Positions 60,315 through 64,000 of a stretch of 64,000 nt of DNA are shown here, piece after piece. The stretch comes from Collinsella sp. (GTDB lineage: Bacteria > Actinomycetota > Coriobacteriia > Coriobacteriales > Coriobacteriaceae), in the NCBI GenBank assembly GCA_019414025.1, contig DXMU01000046.1, positions 20,801-84,800 of the forward strand, written 5' to 3'. The position numbers and the translations under genes were made by a program. How positions within the stretch are numbered: position 1 is the first letter of the stretch; the number at the start of each line of letters is the position of its first letter. The notes below the pieces were generated by a model. That model was not told the origin of the DNA. It did no database searches and saw nothing but the letters and a program-made list of their open reading frames with translations.

Positions 60315-62072
60315 ATGTTCGCCTCATTCCAAAAGAAGTATTTCCTATCCGATAAAGGCGTCGCCGGCGTAAAACGCGGCATTTTCTGGACCACGCTCAC
60401 CAATCTCATCATCATGGCCGGCATGGGCTTTTTATTCCTGGTCATGTCCGGCTTTGTCGAACATCTCGCCACCGGCGCCGATCTGCCGAGTGCACTGCCT
60501 ATCGTGGGCGGTCTCATTATCTTTTTTGCGCTGCTCTTTGCCTCTAACTGGCAGCAGTATTACTACACCTACTGCATCTTTTACGAGGAGTGCGGCAAGC
60601 AGCGCATGGGGATTGCCGAGCGCTTGCGCAAACTGCCGTTGTCGTTTTTCGGCCGTCGTGATCTGGCCGATCTAACCGAAACCATCATGGGCGACGTTCA
60701 GACTATGGAGCATGCCTACAGTCATGTGCTGGGAGAGCTTTGGGGTGCCATCATCGCAAGTGCGATCGTGTTCGTGTCGTCGCTGTTCTTTTGCTGGCAG
60801 CTGGCGATTGCGGCGTTTTGGAGCGTGCCCGTGGCCTTTGCCGTGCTGTACCTGACGCGCGGCCCCATGACCCCGGTGTTCGACCGCGTACGCGCCGAGA
60901 AGGTCAAGGTCACCGAGGCGATTCAGGAGACGCTCGACTGCGTGCGCGAGATCCGCGCTACCAACCAGGAGGCCCATTATCTTGAGGGACTCAACGCCGT
61001 GATCGATGCCGAGGAGCGCGAGACCACCAGAGGCGAGCTCGCTAACGGACTTTTGGTCAACTCCGCCTTTGCCATCCTGCGCTTGGGGATTGCCACCACG
61101 TTGGTCACGGGCGCCGAGATGGTCGCCTCCGGCCAGGTCGACTTTTTGGTGATGTTTGCCTTCCTGCTCATGGTGAGCCGCATCTATGCGCCCTTTGATC
61201 AGGCGCTGATGCTGATGTCCGAGCTATTTGCCGCTGAGTCGTCGGCTAAGCGCATGCGCTCCATCATGGAGGAGCCCATGGCGCGGGGCAGCGAGAAGTT
61301 TGAGCCCGTGGGCCACGACGTGGTGTTCGATCACGTGGCATTTGGCTATGGCGCGGGCGAGGACGGCCGAGCCGGCGAGAAGGTTCTAACCGATGTGAGC
61401 TTTACCGCCAAGGAAGGCGAAGTCACGGCATTGGTCGGTCCTTCGGGCTCGGGTAAGTCCACGGTGAGCCGCCTGGCCGCACGCTTTTGGGATGCCACCG
61501 AAGGTACGGTTACCGTGGGCGGCGTAGACGTTGCGAGCGTGGACCCCGAGGTGCTGCTGCGCGACTACGCCATTGTGTTCCAAGATGTGCTGCTCTTTGA
61601 CGACACGGTGATGGGTAACATTCGTCTTGGCCGACGCGATGCCACCGATGAGGAAGTGCTTGCCGCCGCGCGTGCCGCCAACTGCGACGAGTTCGTAAGC
61701 CGCATGCCGCAGGGCTATGACACTATGATTGGCGAGAACGGCTCCAAGCTCTCCGGTGGTGAGCGCCAGCGTATCTCCATCGCCCGCGCGCTGCTCAAAG
61801 ATGCGCCGATTGTGTTGCTGGACGAGGCGACGGCGAGCTTGGATGTGGAGAACGAGACCGTGGTGCAGCAGGCGCTCTCCCGCCTGCTTGCAGGCAAGAC
61901 GGTTATCGTGATTGCCCACCGTATGCGCACGGTGGAAAATGCCGACAAAATCGTTGTACTCAAGGATGGTGTGGTTGCCGAGCAGGGCACTCCGGCGCAG
62001 CTCAAGGCGGCAGGTGGAGAATTCGCCCGCATGGTGGCGCTGCAAAAGGAAGCAGCTACCTGGCAGTTGTAA
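60315..62072 (+). CDS. ABC transporter, fused permease/ATPase (partner half)
   Basis: Walker A GPSGSGKST, signature LSGGERQR, Walker B VLLDEAT. Abuts the previous gene. Confidence 0.9.
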   Translation: MFASFQKKYFLSDKGVAGVKRGIFWTTLTNLIIMAGMGFLFLVMSGFVEHLATGADLPSALPIVGGLIIFFALLFASNWQQYYYTYCIFYEECGKQRMGIAERLRKLPLSFFGRRDLADLTETIMGDVQTMEHAYSHVLGELWGAIIASAIVFVSSLFFCWQLAIAAFWSVPVAFAVLYLTRGPMTPVFDRVRAEKVKVTEAIQETLDCVREIRATNQEAHYLEGLNAVIDAEERETTRGELANGLLVNSAFAILRLGIATTLVTGAEMVASGQVDFLVMFAFLLMVSRIYAPFDQALMLMSELFAAESSAKRMRSIMEEPMARGSEKFEPVGHDVVFDHVAFGYGAGEDGRAGEKVLTDVSFTAKEGEVTALVGPSGSGKSTVSRLAARFWDATEGTVTVGGVDVASVDPEVLLRDYAIVFQDVLLFDDTVMGNIRLGRRDATDEEVLAAARAANCDEFVSRMPQGYDTMIGENGSKLSGGERQRISIARALLKDAPIVLLDEATASLDVENETVVQQALSRLLAGKTVIVIAHRMRTVENADKIVVLKDGVVAEQGTPAQLKAAGGEFARMVALQKEAATWQL

Positions 62073-62075
62073 GAA

Positions 62076-62106
62076 GGGGCAAAGGGACAGTCCCTTTCTC
62101 ACATTG
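62076..62106. repeat. Copy of the AAAGGGAC-A-GTCCCTTT palindrome family
   Basis: ggggcaaagggacagtccctttctcacattg; compare 57301-57333. Confidence 0.8.
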
Positions 62107-62267
62107 ACAATCGGTTACTCCGCATCGCTAATTTTCAAAAGGTTAGCCATGGCTGACCTAGATAGTTAGATAAAATTGAGATATTTCAAAAGCGTGCTCG
62201 AGCAAACTTATTTACTCGGGTGCTGAGGCACCGTGCCGCGTCCAATGCGGCAAAAGGGAGAAGCAAC

Positions 62268-62513
62268 ATGAAGAAGTCGACGTTCAATACCCTGCTTGTC
62301 GGTGGCGGTTTTCTGCTTGGCACGGCCGGCATCAAGCTGCTTACCAGCGCTCCGGTCAAGAATGCCTGCGTGCAGGGTATCGCGTGTGGCATGCGCATCA
62401 AGAACGGCTACCAGGACATGGTCGAGCAGGCCAAGGCTAATGTCGACGACATGGTTGCCGAGGCTGCTTACATCACCCAGAGCGAGGCCGCTGCTGACGA
62501 GGCAGCCGAGTAA
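62268..62513 (+). CDS. Small membrane-anchored protein (81 aa) upstream of the P-type ATPase
   Basis: AAGGGAG RBS. N-terminal TM LLVGGGFLLGTAGIKLL, then an amphipathic helical, acidic tail. Confidence 0.65.
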   Translation: MKKSTFNTLLVGGGFLLGTAGIKLLTSAPVKNACVQGIACGMRIKNGYQDMVEQAKANVDDMVAEAAYITQSEAAADEAAE

Positions 62514-62531
62514 CGCTCCCAGGCACAAACT

Positions 62532-64000
62532 ATGAGATTCTCGATTATTAGCGAGATCCCCGGCAGGACCCGTCTTCAATTGGCGGGTCCTGTGCCAGAG
62601 AGCGATCTCGATGCACTTCTTAAGCTTGGCGGCGACATCGACGGCGTGCACAAGGTGCGCGTATATGGTCGTCTTGGCCAGATGGCGCTCGAATACGACG
62701 AGCCGTGTCGCGATGCCGTGCTGGCCGCCGTCGGTGCGCTCGACGCTCAGGCCATTGCCGACGCAAAGACGGGTTACGTGATGCAGCTTGAGCCGCGCAA
62801 GCACAAGCTCGTTATGGATCTTGCCACGCTTGTCGGCGCCCACTATGTGCGCCGATGGTTTTTGCCCACGCCCCTGCGTGCGGTGTTTGTCGTGGCCGGT
62901 TACATGGCATTTTTGCGCGCTGCCCTTCATGAGCTGGCGCAGCCGCGCCTGACCGTTCCCGTGCTCGACGCTTCGGCCATCGGCATTTCGTTCGTCAAGC
63001 GTGATGTCGACACCGCGGGCCAGACAATGTTCCTGCTCAACGTGGGCGAGCTGCTCGAGGACTACACCCGTGCCATGAGCGAAAACGAGCTCATCAACTC
63101 GCTGCTCGATGTACCCGACAAGGCGCAAAAGGTCGTCGGCGATACCGAGGTAAGCGTTGCCGCCACCGAGCTTGAGCCCGGCGACTTGGTGGCCGTGCGC
63201 ACTGGCATGTCCATTTGCATCGACGGTGTCGTCGAGCAGGGGAGCGCTATGGTCAACCAGGCGACCCTGACCGGCGAGCCGCTGGCCGTTGAGCGCAGCG
63301 TGGGCGACGACGTGTTCGCCGGTACCGTCGTGGAAGACGGCAGCATCTTGGTGCGCGTGCGCGCCAACACGGCGCAGACCAAACTGCGCTCGATCGTCTC
63401 GCTCGTGCAGACGGCCGACTCGCTCAAGTCCGAGGGCCAGTCGCATATGGAGGACCTCGCCAACAAGATCGTCCCGTGGAACTTCCTGCTCGCGGGCCTG
63501 GTTGCGCTCACCACGCGCAGCCTTATCAAGACCTCGGCGGCGCTGATGGTCGACTACTCGTGCGCACTCAAGCTCACGGGTTCCGTCGCCGTCATGACCG
63601 CCATGAGCGATGCCGCCAAGATGGGCGTCATGGTCAAGGGCGCGAAGTACTTTGAGTCGTTTGCCAAGGCTGACACCATCGTGTTTGATAAGACCGGCAC
63701 GCTTACCGAGGCGCAGCCGCGCCTGGCTTGCGTGCTGACGACAGATGGCTGGAGCAAGGACGAGGTCCTGCGCCTTTCCGCTTGCTTGGAGGAGCATTTC
63801 CCGCATCCGGTGGCGCGTGCCGTGGTCAACGCCGCCCTCGAGCGCGGGCTCGAGCACCGCGAGCGCCATGCCGCGGTCGAGTACATCGTGGCGCACGGCA
63901 TCGCTTCGTCCATCGAGGGGCGTCGCGCCATTATCGGTTCGGCGCACTTTGTATTTGAGGACGAGGGTGCGCAGCTCGAGTCCGACATCAAGGAGCAAAT
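62532..64000 (+). CDS. Heavy-metal-type P1B ATPase, N-terminal ~489 aa (continues beyond window)
   Basis: My own translation: TGEP (LTGEPLAV), SCA in the TM helix (63558-63566), DKTGT (63687-63701). There is no stop before the window end, so it is absent from the ORF track. Confidence 0.85.
   Translation, partial: MRFSIISEIPGRTRLQLAGPVPESDLDALLKLGGDIDGVHKVRVYGRLGQMALEYDEPCRDAVLAAVGALDAQAIADAKTGYVMQLEPRKHKLVMDLATLVGAHYVRRWFLPTPLRAVFVVAGYMAFLRAALHELAQPRLTVPVLDASAIGISFVKRDVDTAGQTMFLLNVGELLEDYTRAMSENELINSLLDVPDKAQKVVGDTEVSVAATELEPGDLVAVRTGMSICIDGVVEQGSAMVNQATLTGEPLAVERSVGDDVFAGTVVEDGSILVRVRANTAQTKLRSIVSLVQTADSLKSEGQSHMEDLANKIVPWNFLLAGLVALTTRSLIKTSAALMVDYSCALKLTGSVAVMTAMSDAAKMGVMVKGAKYFESFAKADTIVFDKTGTLTEAQPRLACVLTTDGWSKDEVLRLSACLEEHFPHPVARAVVNAALERGLEHRERHAAVEYIVAHGIASSIEGRRAIIGSAHFVFEDEGAQLESDIKEQ

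Overview
High-G+C Gram-positive chromosomal segment. The gene content (GatCAB, LPXTG pili with a class C sortase, GlnR-like orphan regulator) suggests Actinomycetota, probably a Coriobacteriia/Collinsella-like gut organism; this is inference only. Coding density is high, and almost all long antisense ORFs in the track are GC-shadow artefacts. Left to right: aspS 3' end; an ebgR/ebgA/ebgC/APC-permease locus; an orphan HPr paralogue; feoA-feoA-feoB plus a Cys-rich peptide; kdpED divergent from kdpFABC; an OYE/FadH-type flavoreductase; a decayed accessory patch holding a GntR remnant and a lone AAA+ ATPase flanked by two repeat arrays; GntR and LacI regulators; an RHH-fused MntA with HepT (type VII TA); glnA with an atypical OmpR-type regulator; htrA; ligA; a Phd-PIN TA pair plus a decayed second TA; MerR/MATE; a DUF559-like gene bracketed by palindromic elements; moaA and a moaC-mobB fusion; MFS; HAD. 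Then comes a low-GC sortase-dependent pilus island (beta-helix tip adhesin, two pilins, a micro-ORF, sortase C), followed by gatCAB; AraC with a heterodimeric ABC exporter; and a small membrane protein with a P1B-type ATPase (SCA motif) that runs off the window. I saw no rRNA, tRNA, CRISPR, transposase or integrase. The most unusual non-genic signal is at least five families of intergenic palindromic or hairpin repeats. Several bracket gene modules (kdp, the DUF559-like gene, HAD plus pilus island). There are also three short tandem arrays and homopolymer tracts in the pilus island. All coordinates come from manual reading. Homology calls rest on recognised motifs, not searches.
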